A stretch of DNA of 64,000 bases from a virus. Its lineage: Duplodnaviria > Caudoviricetes. Below are positions 27,926 through 38,555 of the stretch, piece after piece (position 1 is the first letter of the stretch; the number at the start of each line of letters is the position of its first letter). The notes beneath the pieces are model-generated. The model saw only the letters and a list, made by a program, of their open reading frames with translations, had not been told where the DNA came from and searched no databases. The position numbers were made by a program, and so were the translations under genes. The stretch lies in IMG/VR virus record IMGVR_UViG_3300032218_004357, positions 8,080 to 72,079 of that record; one strand, given 5' to 3'.

Positions 27926-30900
27926 ATGCCCATCTACACGGTTCCCACCAAGATTCAAGACAGGCAGAACAACTGGGTGTATCTGCCCGGGCATTTCCTG
28001 TATCAGCCGTACCCGCGCGGCCACGAGAAGCAGGGCCAGTACCCGGACATCGGCGACGCGCTCCTGTTCTGGCTCACCCGCCTCGAGGACACCACCGGCA
28101 AACTCACAATCACCGTGCCGGTCGGCGACAACGACCCCAACTGGGGACTCGTGCCGCGCTGCTGGAACAACTCCCCAACGGACCCGACGGTCATCCGGTT
28201 CCGCCGGTACATGGCGGACGGCGTGACCCCTGCGGTCTACTGCATCGAGTACGGCTTGCCGATTGGTCGAGCAGTGCGACTCAATGGCACCGAGTACCCG
28301 GAAACTCAGTTCGGCATGCCTGATTACGATGACGATTGGGTATTCGTGGTGCCGCACTACTGGAAGAACACTGTGTTCGACCTCAACGGTGCCCGGTTCG
28401 TTCAGTACGACACCGCAAACACAACGATCACGTATCAGAACTTTTACGCCGATATGGTTGGCAACATTCGCGGGTCGTGGCGCAAGACTGACGCATGGGT
28501 CACGGACCTCCAGAAGTCGACGCTCGACGGCGTTGCCGGTACCGACCCTCTTACTCCCGATTCGTCGTGGATCGGTCTCATTGTTGACCCGAAGTCGCCT
28601 ACTGGTGCGACCGTCTATCCGGCGAACACGACCATCGTCGAGATCGATGCTGCGAACCGCCGGTTCCGCACGAGCAACACTCCGTACTCCTCATCGTTCC
28701 CCACAGGGGTCACGGAAGTCGTGAACGCTCAGTACAGCGTGCAGTTTCGTACGTTGCGGAACGTCGAGTTCTACAACCCTGTGGCACCAGACGGCACGAC
28801 TCCCGCCGAGATGGACCCGTTCACCGACAAGACCGACCCCACGGTGCTCGTCAACCTCGACCAGTTTGCCGACTGCACGATCACCGCGTCAACGACCGGC
28901 ACGTCGGTCAAGGCCAAGTACGGCTACGACGGGAACTGGGTGTCCGATATTACGACGAATGTTGCAAAACCCGTTGCAAAGGTTGTCAACGAAAACTGGT
29001 TTCAAACGTCAGTTGCCGCGTCGAAGACCAGTGAAGGCGCTGCTCTGTACCCGAGCGGCACGACGATCGTCGACATCGACTTTGCGAACAACCGATTCAA
29101 GACGTCCAATCCGCCGAATACGGATCCGGCAACCGGTGAACCGTACAAGGCCGTTGCTGGCGTGGTGTCGATTGCGGCGGGAGCGATCATCAGTGGCGGG
29201 AAGAAGGTATTGACTGGGACCGGCGCAATCGTCCTCGAGTACGACGGTGACGAGACGATCGGTGAGGCGAATCGGTACACGATGTACACGACGCAATCGC
29301 GCGCGGTGAACGCCAACTTCACTCGATACCGCTACAAAGGTCAGATCAAGTTTACGACCACGAATCTCCGTAAGAAGAACGGGATGAACATGATCTCGTT
29401 CAACAGCCCGTTCAATCGTCCAAAACGGTTTCACGCCACATGGACCGCAGGATCAAACCTGTTGACTGCAGCGGAGGACATTTTTGAACCCACGGACGTG
29501 GGCTGGATGCTGGGCGACAGCACGGCGGGTGCCACGAAGTGGCCGACGCGCGGCGTCGTCCTCGAGTACATCAACGCCCGCACCGTACGGTTGAGCATTT
29601 CGTCGTACACAGCGCAGAACAACGCGACGCCGATGGCGATCTGGAAAATCCGTGGAGCGGTCACCGAGAACATCACGGTTCTGGGGCGCACGAACACCTC
29701 GATTCCGCGTGCGACCCTCGAGATGAGTAACTACTTGAACGCCGACGCCGTTCCCGCGGACAAAGAGCCGTGGCACTCCATGATGTTTCGGGCGTGTCAG
29801 AACATCAACGTCTCGGAAATCAACCACCGATACACGTGGGCTGATATCTACAACTTCGGAACTATCAACGTACAGGGAGTTGACTGGATTCAGAACGCCG
29901 AAGACGTCACCATCACTAACTGCACCGCTCAGGGTGCTGGTCGACACTTCATCACTGCGCAGGGCAACAATGGACTGACGATTCGTAACTGCAAGTTCTA
30001 CGGATCCAAGCACTGGTCAATCGACACGGAGTCTCTGAGCCCGCAAGCCCGCATGACGTTCATGGAGTTCGATAGGGTCACGTGGGGCGGCCAGACGCTC
30101 GGCTTCTACCAGATCAAAACGAGCCCGAACAACTACATCGAAATGCCGATCAAGGTGCGAGCATCCGGCGTCGCCGGAAGCACCACCCTCACCCTCTCTG
30201 ACCCGCTCCACTCACGCTGGCTGACCGCAAAACTCCGTCACGACGCCCTCGACGATTACACCGTGATCCGTCAAATCGACAACCCATTGACGATCACGCT
30301 CAACAAACCGCTGTTGAGCAACATCGTCAACGAGGACGTGCTCGTGTACGACCCGATGCTTTACGCATTCGTCGACATCCACGACTGCACGTTTGGCGGC
30401 ATTCGCCCTCCGGCTATCGCCAGCCCGGATGACGTCTCCGGCACACAGGTCTGGGGCTGGTCGCGCCAGTACTTCCTCGCCGATACCGTTCAGGGCGACT
30501 ATCGACTGCGGAACGTCCGCCTCTGCGACGCCAACGGCGTGACGCTGACCGACAACCAGCGTCTCGACGGGAAGAAGTGGCCCCTCTCCCGGAAGGACAT
30601 CTGGGTGCGGACGCCGCTCATCTATCCGAGTGGCTGGCTCGCAGCCAACCGCAATAGCGTCTACATCGACATCCTCGGCTCACGCACCACGGTTCCCACC
30701 ACCGCCGGATCGAAGGTCGGCGACGCGTACATCGTGATGGGGCGCGTCTGGGTATGGAGCGGCACGGCGTGGACGGACTTTGGACCACAGATTCCGACCG
30801 GACGCCTGACCGTATCGTTGCAGCGAGGAACGCTGTATCCATCGCTGTACGAACAAGCCCCACGCGTCGTCGATACCAACGGCTCCAATCAACTATCCGT

Positions 30901-32563
30901 CAACATCGCTGCGCTGGAAACTCGCACCAACGTACTGTTTTCTGCCTCCATCGCTCCCCTGTGGTGGTGGGGTTTTCGGTTTTCCAATAATCGCATTGCG
31001 GGTGACAATTCATGGGTTGGCGAACATTCCGGTTACACCGGACGGTCAACCATGATTGCCCTTCACTCTCGCTGGGATCTGGTAGAGATCACCAACAATG
31101 TTGCGAAAGCCGATCGCGACGGTAGCAATCAACAGATCCACTACATGGTCGGGCAGTGGCAAAACAACAAGTGGTGGACGTGGGGTGCCCCCAGCGCAAC
31201 AACCACGAACACGACCTACCTGCGTTCGCTCGACGGCAACAACGAGACCTTCACTGGCCCGAGCGCAACCGAAGGCAACTATCAATCATGGAACATCAGT
31301 AACAACTACTGGATTGACGCTCTCGACAATCAGTTCACGCCATCCAACGTCGTGACCCCATCGGTCACATCGATCACGAGTCCGATCCGAGGACGCCGAT
31401 ACACGGTCAACGCACGTCTGACCTCCACCTCCTCCGGCAACACGGCCGAGGTCGTCGATGAACCCATTGCTCTGTATATCGTCGATGACGAACTCGCTGG
31501 CGACGTCACGCTCGTTGGACGTCTCAACACCACGACCGCAATCAACGCCACGAACCCACGCTGGATCTCGGCCGGACCAATCAAAACCACCGCAGATGGC
31601 GTAACCGGCTCGTTCATCACCACGAACTACTTCCGAACAGGACCGACAACCGCTTCGGTGTATGCGGTCTACCCGGGCAGCCTCACTGCGCAGTACGCAC
31701 GGTCGTCGGCGTTGCCGGTCTCGCGATCCGTCGCGACTTCCGAGCACGTGACGGAAACGACCGTTCAGTTGTGGACGCCGTTCTCTGCCCCCGGACAGAC
31801 GGTCGAGATCACGGTCTCGGTCGTCAACAAGACGCCAGTCACTGAGGTGGCGGGCGGTTCGAACAATCCGCCGCCGACGGGAACAGTTACGCTTTACGGG
31901 TTCGGAGGAACGGTCCTCGCGACAGGCACCCTCGCGGCTGGAGCGTACGATTCCGCTACCGGCGTGTATGCACCGTCGACAGTGCTGCTGACGCGAGCGT
32001 TTGCTGCTGGCCTGTATCCGGTCTACGCAACGTACACGCCGAGCGGGTCGACGTTCTTGACGTCAACATCTGACGTCGTGTATCAATGGGCTACTAATAC
32101 TCCATCGGAAACCACGACGGCAATTGTTGAAGCAGATGCATCACTTACTGCTGCAATAAATATAATAACCAGTACGTTGATTACTTCTTCTTTTCAAACA
32201 GTTTCTGTATATGGTGAGTTGAGCGGAATTGGCAACGCGTCAGCATTGTGTGTAGTCCAAATTGACAACAGTGCGTCATTTGCGGGCAACGGCGTTATGG
32301 TTGCATCAGTAGATGGACGTATTGAAAACGCTGTAACGCTAACTGCAAGTGGAGATTTGAGCACAATTTTTGGCAGTCCGATTGCAGTAATCAATGAAGC
32401 AATTGTGTTGTCAGGCGTTTCTGATATAAACGCTTTGGAGATTCGCACTACCTTAGATGCTCCTCTTGCTCTTGCTGGTCAAGGATTGTTGACCTTGGCT
32501 GCACAAGCACTGCGGCCCAACGCTGCTGGACCGTTCTCTGGATGGATCACGAATCCGGGGTAA
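27926..32563 (+). CDS. Large (1545 aa) tail appendage: beta-helix repeats + Ig-like domain; candidate receptor-binding protein/depolymerase
   Basis: EDVTITNCTAQG...GLTIRNCKF parallel beta-helix pattern; Big_3-like PTGTVT...LATGTL...VYATYTPSGS; located in the baseplate operon. Confidence 0.62.
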   Translation: MPIYTVPTKIQDRQNNWVYLPGHFLYQPYPRGHEKQGQYPDIGDALLFWLTRLEDTTGKLTITVPVGDNDPNWGLVPRCWNNSPTDPTVIRFRRYMADGVTPAVYCIEYGLPIGRAVRLNGTEYPETQFGMPDYDDDWVFVVPHYWKNTVFDLNGARFVQYDTANTTITYQNFYADMVGNIRGSWRKTDAWVTDLQKSTLDGVAGTDPLTPDSSWIGLIVDPKSPTGATVYPANTTIVEIDAANRRFRTSNTPYSSSFPTGVTEVVNAQYSVQFRTLRNVEFYNPVAPDGTTPAEMDPFTDKTDPTVLVNLDQFADCTITASTTGTSVKAKYGYDGNWVSDITTNVAKPVAKVVNENWFQTSVAASKTSEGAALYPSGTTIVDIDFANNRFKTSNPPNTDPATGEPYKAVAGVVSIAAGAIISGGKKVLTGTGAIVLEYDGDETIGEANRYTMYTTQSRAVNANFTRYRYKGQIKFTTTNLRKKNGMNMISFNSPFNRPKRFHATWTAGSNLLTAAEDIFEPTDVGWMLGDSTAGATKWPTRGVVLEYINARTVRLSISSYTAQNNATPMAIWKIRGAVTENITVLGRTNTSIPRATLEMSNYLNADAVPADKEPWHSMMFRACQNINVSEINHRYTWADIYNFGTINVQGVDWIQNAEDVTITNCTAQGAGRHFITAQGNNGLTIRNCKFYGSKHWSIDTESLSPQARMTFMEFDRVTWGGQTLGFYQIKTSPNNYIEMPIKVRASGVAGSTTLTLSDPLHSRWLTAKLRHDALDDYTVIRQIDNPLTITLNKPLLSNIVNEDVLVYDPMLYAFVDIHDCTFGGIRPPAIASPDDVSGTQVWGWSRQYFLADTVQGDYRLRNVRLCDANGVTLTDNQRLDGKKWPLSRKDIWVRTPLIYPSGWLAANRNSVYIDILGSRTTVPTTAGSKVGDAYIVMGRVWVWSGTAWTDFGPQIPTGRLTVSLQRGTLYPSLYEQAPRVVDTNGSNQLSVNIAALETRTNVLFSASIAPLWWWGFRFSNNRIAGDNSWVGEHSGYTGRSTMIALHSRWDLVEITNNVAKADRDGSNQQIHYMVGQWQNNKWWTWGAPSATTTNTTYLRSLDGNNETFTGPSATEGNYQSWNISNNYWIDALDNQFTPSNVVTPSVTSITSPIRGRRYTVNARLTSTSSGNTAEVVDEPIALYIVDDELAGDVTLVGRLNTTTAINATNPRWISAGPIKTTADGVTGSFITTNYFRTGPTTASVYAVYPGSLTAQYARSSALPVSRSVATSEHVTETTVQLWTPFSAPGQTVEITVSVVNKTPVTEVAGGSNNPPPTGTVTLYGFGGTVLATGTLAAGAYDSATGVYAPSTVLLTRAFAAGLYPVYATYTPSGSTFLTSTSDVVYQWATNTPSETTTAIVEADASLTAAINIITSTLITSSFQTVSVYGELSGIGNASALCVVQIDNSASFAGNGVMVASVDGRIENAVTLTASGDLSTIFGSPIAVINEAIVLSGVSDINALEIRTTLDAPLALAGQGLLTLAAQALRPNAAGPFSGWITNPG

Positions 32564-32597
32564 TCTTGACGCGCTCGAAGTGTGGCAGAATCAGGTG

Positions 32598-32960
32598 ATG
32601 GACGTCCTGTCGTATCCGTTTCGATTCACCGCTACCGGTCGCGCAGCGACGGTGGTCCAGAACTCGGCCGACCACTACGCCCAGCAGATCGGTCAGTTTG
32701 TTCAAACTCGACTGGGTGAGTTGGCGATTGCCCCCGGATACGGCATCCCCGATCCGGTCTTCAACACGCTGCACCCGACCGACATTGCCGCCGGACTCGC
32801 CGTTTATCACCCATCGATTCGCATCAAAGACATTCGCAGCCGGTTTACCGCCGAAGGCGTGCAAGCAATTGATGTATCATTTGACGAGCAGTCTGCCGTT
32901 AGCGTGGGCAGCCCTACCGCATTCCCCGCACTCGATGGGCTGGTGACCTTCGATGCCTAG
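32598..32960 (+). CDS. gp25/GpW-like baseplate wedge protein
   Basis: LSYPFRF, TRLGE....PGYGIPDP motifs. Confidence 0.82.
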   Translation: MDVLSYPFRFTATGRAATVVQNSADHYAQQIGQFVQTRLGELAIAPGYGIPDPVFNTLHPTDIAAGLAVYHPSIRIKDIRSRFTAEGVQAIDVSFDEQSAVSVGSPTAFPALDGLVTFDA

Positions 32961-34650
32961 TCCTGACGCATCTCAGTACATCGATCTCACGCTGTTCGAT
33001 CTCAGTACGCAACAGATCTTCCTCGACGCCCTCCGCTACGCCCGAATCGCGCTCCCTGAGTTCCAGCCCGTCGAGGGTGCGATCGAGACCGTCCTCCTCG
33101 AAGCGATGGCGATCGAAGTTCAAGACCTCGTCACTGCGATCAACCGCTTGCCCGACGGCATGCTCCAAGCCCTCCTTGGGCTCATCGGTCTGCCGCGTCG
33201 CGACGCTATTCCGGCGACCGGTCTCGTCAAGATCACGAGCAGCCGGACCACCGAGAGCGACGTGCCTGTCGGCATCCGGTTCTACGCTCGTCTCTCGGGT
33301 GCCTCCGAACCGCAGGTCCTCGTCTCCACGAGTACCGCCACCCTCTCTCGCAGCCAGTCGATCAGCACGCTCGCTCGCACCTCGAACGTCGTCACGGTCA
33401 CGACGAAGACGCACCACGGGCTCGTTACCGGGCAGGTCGTCGAGATCGCCGTCGACGAGAACCTCGCGAACGGCTCCGGATTCGTCGATGCCTCGACCAC
33501 CGTAACCGTGGTCGACGAGACGACGTTCACCTACGTGAACTCCGGTGCCAACGTGAGCGTCGACGCGTCGAGCAGCGCGACGTACGTCATCGTCGACGCG
33601 AGCATCGATCCGTACGCGTTCGTGCCAGTCTCCGCTGCCATTCCCGGCTACCTGTACCTCGCCTCCGGCACGTCGCTCAACCTGCTGTCGTCCGTGCCGC
33701 AGATCAGCACGTCCGTCCTCGCCACGGACGTTGACGGCGGCTACGACGCGGAAACCGACGCCGAGTTCTTTCAACGCACCTCGTCGGCGCTCAATCGGAT
33801 GACGTCGGCGCTCGTCACCGCACGGCAGATCACGGAGTACATCGCCAGCGAACCGGCGTTCGGGTACGCGTATCGCGTTCACACCGTCGACAACTGCGAC
33901 GACAACCGGCTGACCCCGTCGCCCGGCTACGCGCTCACGCTCGTCGCTCGAATCGACGCGACGCCGTCGCTTCAAATCGATAGCGACCGGCTGCAAGAAA
34001 TTCAAGACAACGTCTCGCTCTACACGCCACCGACCGTCACGGTCGCCGTCCAGAACGCAGCGCTTTGCAAAGTGAGTGTGGACGCAACCGTGAAGGGTGT
34101 ATCCGGATACTCGTCGGCGCAGGTCGAGTCGGCCGTCACGTCGGCGATCACCTCGTACCTGAATCCGAACACGTGGGACTGGTCGACGACGATTCGTGTC
34201 AACGAGGTCGAGTATGCGATTCGTAACGCCACGTACGAGGGAGTACCCGTCGTGGCGTACGTAGAATCGGTGGAGATCACTCCGGTCGATTCGAACTACG
34301 ACGACATTACCCCGGCGACGGTGAACGCGTTCTCCGGCACGTGGGCGAGCGGCACCCTCACCGTCACGGTTCCGGCACCAGTCGAACTGCCCGAGTTCGA
34401 CGAGACGTTCACGAGTTACGTTGCGATCAAAGAGACGAGCGGCGTGTACGCGATCTACGAAGTGGTCAGTGTCGACACAGGTGAGTTCACGGTGAGTGGC
34501 ACGCACACCAACGGCAGCGTCAGTGGATTCTGGGCGCCGTTCGGGCAGGTCTACAACGACGGCGTCGGCGGCAAGAAGGACTTCGTCACGAACGATCCGG
34601 CCCCCCTCGTGCTCTGCGATGCGGCGAGCGTGTCGGTCACGGTGAACTAG
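32953..34650 (+). CDS. Baseplate J-like wedge protein
   Basis: LLGLIGLPRRDAIPATG, DGGYDAETDAEF..R, VSVDATV, IRVNEV motifs. Confidence 0.85.
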   Translation: MPSPDASQYIDLTLFDLSTQQIFLDALRYARIALPEFQPVEGAIETVLLEAMAIEVQDLVTAINRLPDGMLQALLGLIGLPRRDAIPATGLVKITSSRTTESDVPVGIRFYARLSGASEPQVLVSTSTATLSRSQSISTLARTSNVVTVTTKTHHGLVTGQVVEIAVDENLANGSGFVDASTTVTVVDETTFTYVNSGANVSVDASSSATYVIVDASIDPYAFVPVSAAIPGYLYLASGTSLNLLSSVPQISTSVLATDVDGGYDAETDAEFFQRTSSALNRMTSALVTARQITEYIASEPAFGYAYRVHTVDNCDDNRLTPSPGYALTLVARIDATPSLQIDSDRLQEIQDNVSLYTPPTVTVAVQNAALCKVSVDATVKGVSGYSSAQVESAVTSAITSYLNPNTWDWSTTIRVNEVEYAIRNATYEGVPVVAYVESVEITPVDSNYDDITPATVNAFSGTWASGTLTVTVPAPVELPEFDETFTSYVAIKETSGVYAIYEVVSVDTGEFTVSGTHTNGSVSGFWAPFGQVYNDGVGGKKDFVTNDPAPLVLCDAASVSVTVN

Positions 34651-34658
34651 GAGACAGT

Positions 34659-35348
34659 ATGGTGACGATCAACGATGGACTCGCGTGGGGCAAGACGCAG
34701 GTCGGCAAGCCGTACTGCACGGACTGGAACACTCGGTTCGGGCCCAACTGCTACGACTGCTCTGGGCTCGTGTCGCAGGTGCTCTGGCACTCCGGCATGC
34801 CCACGACGGCGTTGCCCACCAACTCGGCGGACATCACGCGCTGGCTCCTCGCTCACCCCTCGTACCGTATCGACAAGCAACGCGCTCGCGATACGCCCGG
34901 TGCGGTCCTCTTGCTTGGAGGGCCGAATGGCTACGGCCCGCAGGGTCATATCGGTCTGTCGCTGGGGGGCGGCAAGACCCTCGAGAGCCGTGGTTCGAAG
35001 CACGGAGTCGGTATCTACAACCTGTCCGACATCGCGTGGGACGACTTCATGCTTGCTCCCAGCGTCGTCTACGGCGGAGCGCCGACTCCGCCCGCACCCA
35101 GCCCGCAGTACCCGATCACTCCACAGGAGACAGAGATGAAGTTGATGCGCGGGGACAAGACCCCTCACGTCTGGATCGTCAACGGTCCGTGGAAGACCCA
35201 CGTGACCTCCGAGGCCTACCCCGGCTGGCTGTTCATCTGCAACAGCGTGCCCGGCGCCGTCGACCCGACGACGAAGAAAGAGTGGGTCGTGCCGCAGGTG
35301 ATGATCGACATCATCACCGACACTGCGTCTATCGCCACGAAGGGCTGA
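34659..35348 (+). CDS. NlpC/P60 peptidase, probable endolysin
   Basis: QVGKPY...GPNCYDCSGLV (catalytic Cys), GHIGL (His); Pro linker and short C-terminal domain; GGAG RBS. Confidence 0.85.
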   Translation: MVTINDGLAWGKTQVGKPYCTDWNTRFGPNCYDCSGLVSQVLWHSGMPTTALPTNSADITRWLLAHPSYRIDKQRARDTPGAVLLLGGPNGYGPQGHIGLSLGGGKTLESRGSKHGVGIYNLSDIAWDDFMLAPSVVYGGAPTPPAPSPQYPITPQETEMKLMRGDKTPHVWIVNGPWKTHVTSEAYPGWLFICNSVPGAVDPTTKKEWVVPQVMIDIITDTASIATKG

Positions 35349-35373
35349 TCGCGCTCACGCGCGCTTGCACGCC

Positions 35374-37200
35374 ATGACGACGGTAGGGAGTACGCCGGGT
35401 ACGGGTCGGACGCCGACTCCTCCCGTCGCGCTCACCACCAACCTGCCGCCGCCTGCGATCCTGCCGATCCGATACAACATCGAGAACCGTCTCTCGACGG
35501 AGCAGCAGTCAATCACCGGTCCAGTCGTGTCGACTGCGTCTGTCTCAGGCTGGATCGTCGGGGAGAACTGCAACCTCGAGCGCTCGACGGTCTACTCGAA
35601 GTACACGCCCGCCAGTCTTGAGGTGACGGTCACTGATGCGGGCACGGCGTGGCTGTACTCCGACGATTACGTCGACCCGATCACGCCCGGCGCGACGTAC
35701 CGTGCTTTTGCGTGGGTTCGTACGAACGCGCTACGTCGTGCGGTGCGCATTGGCATCGAGTGGTTCACTCGCAACAACACGTCCCAGTGGGACGCGACGA
35801 CGCAGTCAACCGTCACCACCGTCGGGTCGGCGGACGGTTGGAAACTCGTGTCGTTCGTTGGTGCCGCACCGGACACAGCATCGTTCAGTACGGCGAAGGC
35901 ACGCGTGCGCATTCTTCTGCCAGATGCTGGAGACATTTCCGATCCGCCGGAAACGCATCAACAGATCTGGGTTGACGATGTGGTGTTCGTGGAGCGGTCG
36001 CGCTACCTAAGCCCGTTCACCCGCATGACGTACCGGTGGTTGCCGGAATACATGCGCCTCATGGATGCTGAGCAGGACAATCCCGATCGGCCCATCGGCC
36101 GATTCCTCGACCTCATGGGGGTCACGGCGAGTCGCATCCTCTCGGCGATGGTCGCGTTCGACTACGTGCCGATGGGTGAGGATCCCCCGGGTTTCGCTCG
36201 TTCGACGCTCGTCGATCCGCACTTCTATCCGCGTGTAGACATCGCTGAGGAGCGATGGCTGCGGTGGCTGGCGTTCATCACCGGCACGACGGTTCTCGGC
36301 TCGGCGTCGCTGGTGAGTGGGCTCCGGACTCCGTGGTACGCGATCGAGGACCTGTCGCCGCCGACGACGACGTGGAACGACATCGAGGCGTTCGGGTCGG
36401 CACCGCCGACGTGGGATGAACTCGAGGACTACCTGCCGACGCCGCAGAACTCGGTCGTGCCCCTGCAGGAGGCAATCCGATTGCGCGGCACCGGCACGCT
36501 CGCGGGGACGATGACGGGCATCAAGCGTGCGGCGCGTCTCGTGCTCACGAGTGATGATGCGATGGATCTCCCGGCGGTCGTCACCCGCCTCGACAACGTG
36601 GTGACGGCGACGTTTGAGGACACGACCGCCCTGCAGGCTGGGGATGTCATCGACGTCTACGACTCCGGCGTCCTCGATCTCGATGGTGAGACGACGGTGG
36701 TGAGCGTCGCGAACGATGGTCGTACGATCACGTTTGCCAGCACGGGTGCGAATCTGCCGCTGGCGCGTCGAGCGTGGATCACGAACAAGTACGTGGCCGT
36801 TATCCCTCGACAGTGGACGTTCCGAGCGACGATCGTCGGATCGAACTCGCCGACGCCGCACCTGCGGGTGAGCCCGAGTGACAGCACGATGCCGGTCTAC
36901 GAGCCGTGGACAGATGGGGCGACCGTCACGATTTCGGCGAGCACGAACTTCGCCGGGTCGTACGTGCTCGGCGACGATGCGACGGCGACCCTCGATGGCG
37001 CGGACATGCTGCTCGACTTTGCCTCGTCAGTTGCTGCAGCCACGGACCTGCAGGCATTGGTTGTCGTTAGCCCAGCCAAACCGGTGTACGTTACAATTGA
37101 AACCCTCGAATCGCAGACGCCCGACCCTGATCTGGTTCTCGGTGCCATCCGGTACTCGCGACCCGTCGGCTGCTGGGTGACCCACCGCTACGCAACCTGA
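35374..37200 (+). CDS. Baseplate wedge / P2 gpI-like protein with N-terminal CBM-like jelly roll
   Basis: ITPGATYRAFAWVR...IGIEW...WVDDV is CBM4_9-like; YRWLPEYMR.MD, LRWLA, GT..GIKRAA are gpI-like. Confidence 0.65.
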   Translation: MTTVGSTPGTGRTPTPPVALTTNLPPPAILPIRYNIENRLSTEQQSITGPVVSTASVSGWIVGENCNLERSTVYSKYTPASLEVTVTDAGTAWLYSDDYVDPITPGATYRAFAWVRTNALRRAVRIGIEWFTRNNTSQWDATTQSTVTTVGSADGWKLVSFVGAAPDTASFSTAKARVRILLPDAGDISDPPETHQQIWVDDVVFVERSRYLSPFTRMTYRWLPEYMRLMDAEQDNPDRPIGRFLDLMGVTASRILSAMVAFDYVPMGEDPPGFARSTLVDPHFYPRVDIAEERWLRWLAFITGTTVLGSASLVSGLRTPWYAIEDLSPPTTTWNDIEAFGSAPPTWDELEDYLPTPQNSVVPLQEAIRLRGTGTLAGTMTGIKRAARLVLTSDDAMDLPAVVTRLDNVVTATFEDTTALQAGDVIDVYDSGVLDLDGETTVVSVANDGRTITFASTGANLPLARRAWITNKYVAVIPRQWTFRATIVGSNSPTPHLRVSPSDSTMPVYEPWTDGATVTISASTNFAGSYVLGDDATATLDGADMLLDFASSVAAATDLQALVVVSPAKPVYVTIETLESQTPDPDLVLGAIRYSRPVGCWVTHRYAT

Positions 37201-37217
37201 CCCGAGAAGGACTTCTC

Positions 37218-38465
37218 ATGGCGACCGAAACCTCGCGCTTCCACTTCCCCATCTGGAATGGTACCGACCCGTTCCAGCGCGCCGACTTCAACGACATTCA
37301 CCAGCAGATCGAGGATCTCGCTGCGATGGTGTACGTCGAGAACCAGTCGCCCGATGCGGCAAACGCCGCGGCGACCGCCGACGAGTACATGGGGGCGTTC
37401 TGGTACGACCAGTCCGCCAACCGTCTCTACTTCTCCGACGGCGTGGCGTGGCGAGCGACGATCGTCTACAATAGCACGAACGGCAACATCGTGCCCGTGG
37501 CGATCAGCGACACGTCGTTGGCCGGGTCCTCAGAGATCTCAGCGCGCGCCGATCACCGGCATGCGGGGCCGGGGTTCGGCACGCCCGTCTCGGTCGGTAC
37601 GGCCAACGCCGACGGGTCGGCGACGACGGTCGCGAAATCTGACCACGTTCACGCTCTCGGCTCGAACGCCGTCACGACGGCCTCGATCGCAGCGAACTCG
37701 GTGACGGCAGCGAAACTCAACAACGACGTCGCTGGATCCGGGATTGGACGCGACGTTGATGGCTCACTCAAGGTCAACGTGGGTTCTGGCAGTCTCCACC
37801 AGAGCCTCGACTACACGGGTGACACCGTCATCGTGAAAGAGGAGGGTCTCACCCAGCGGCACGGTGCGACGAGCGTCGGCACCGCCAAGCACCGGTTCAT
37901 TCGAACCGGCAGCCAGCCGACGACCTCGAGCCTCGCTGACATCACGACCGGGGACATCTGGGTAGACGCCCAGACGAACCTCACGACTCGTACGGGGGGC
38001 GACGAGTGGCTGCGACCGCGCAACCTGCCGTGGGGCATCGTTGCGAAGACCGAGATCTTGACGACCGGTACCCAGACGATCGCCGGAGGTGACCCGGCCA
38101 GCCCGACGGCGGTAACCATCGCAAGCACGGCGCTCAGCGTCACGGCCACGCTCCGCACGGATCGGCTTTACCGCATCCGTGGGTTCATCCCGTCGGTGGC
38201 GCACGACGTCTCGTCGCTGCGAACCATCATCATGTACCTGCGGGGGAACGGCGCGACGTACCAGCGGTCGTTGCTGCGGTTCGAGCAGTCGGGCCTCGGG
38301 CAGTCGATGGGGGTCGAGCGGATCATCGCCGGGCTGAACACGGGCAGCCAGACGTGGTCGGTGGCGTTGTCGTTCGATGCGACGCAGTTCGGCAACATCA
38401 CGGCGAGCGTGTACTCGCTCCTCGACGCAGCGACGATCACGATCGAGGACGTCGGCCCGGCGTAG
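37218..38465 (+). CDS. Tail fibre protein
   Basis: N-terminal T.RF.FP.W...D..QRADFN fibre anchor; ARADHRH/AKSDHVH repeats; VTAAKL repeats. Confidence 0.72.
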   Translation: MATETSRFHFPIWNGTDPFQRADFNDIHQQIEDLAAMVYVENQSPDAANAAATADEYMGAFWYDQSANRLYFSDGVAWRATIVYNSTNGNIVPVAISDTSLAGSSEISARADHRHAGPGFGTPVSVGTANADGSATTVAKSDHVHALGSNAVTTASIAANSVTAAKLNNDVAGSGIGRDVDGSLKVNVGSGSLHQSLDYTGDTVIVKEEGLTQRHGATSVGTAKHRFIRTGSQPTTSSLADITTGDIWVDAQTNLTTRTGGDEWLRPRNLPWGIVAKTEILTTGTQTIAGGDPASPTAVTIASTALSVTATLRTDRLYRIRGFIPSVAHDVSSLRTIIMYLRGNGATYQRSLLRFEQSGLGQSMGVERIIAGLNTGSQTWSVALSFDATQFGNITASVYSLLDAATITIEDVGPA

Positions 38466-38555
38466 CCCTTCGTCTAGGGGTTATCATCATTTTGACCCGG
38501 TATCCTCTTGGGGAGTCCTAACGCCGTTAGGACCGTACCGGGGAGCGGGTTTTCC

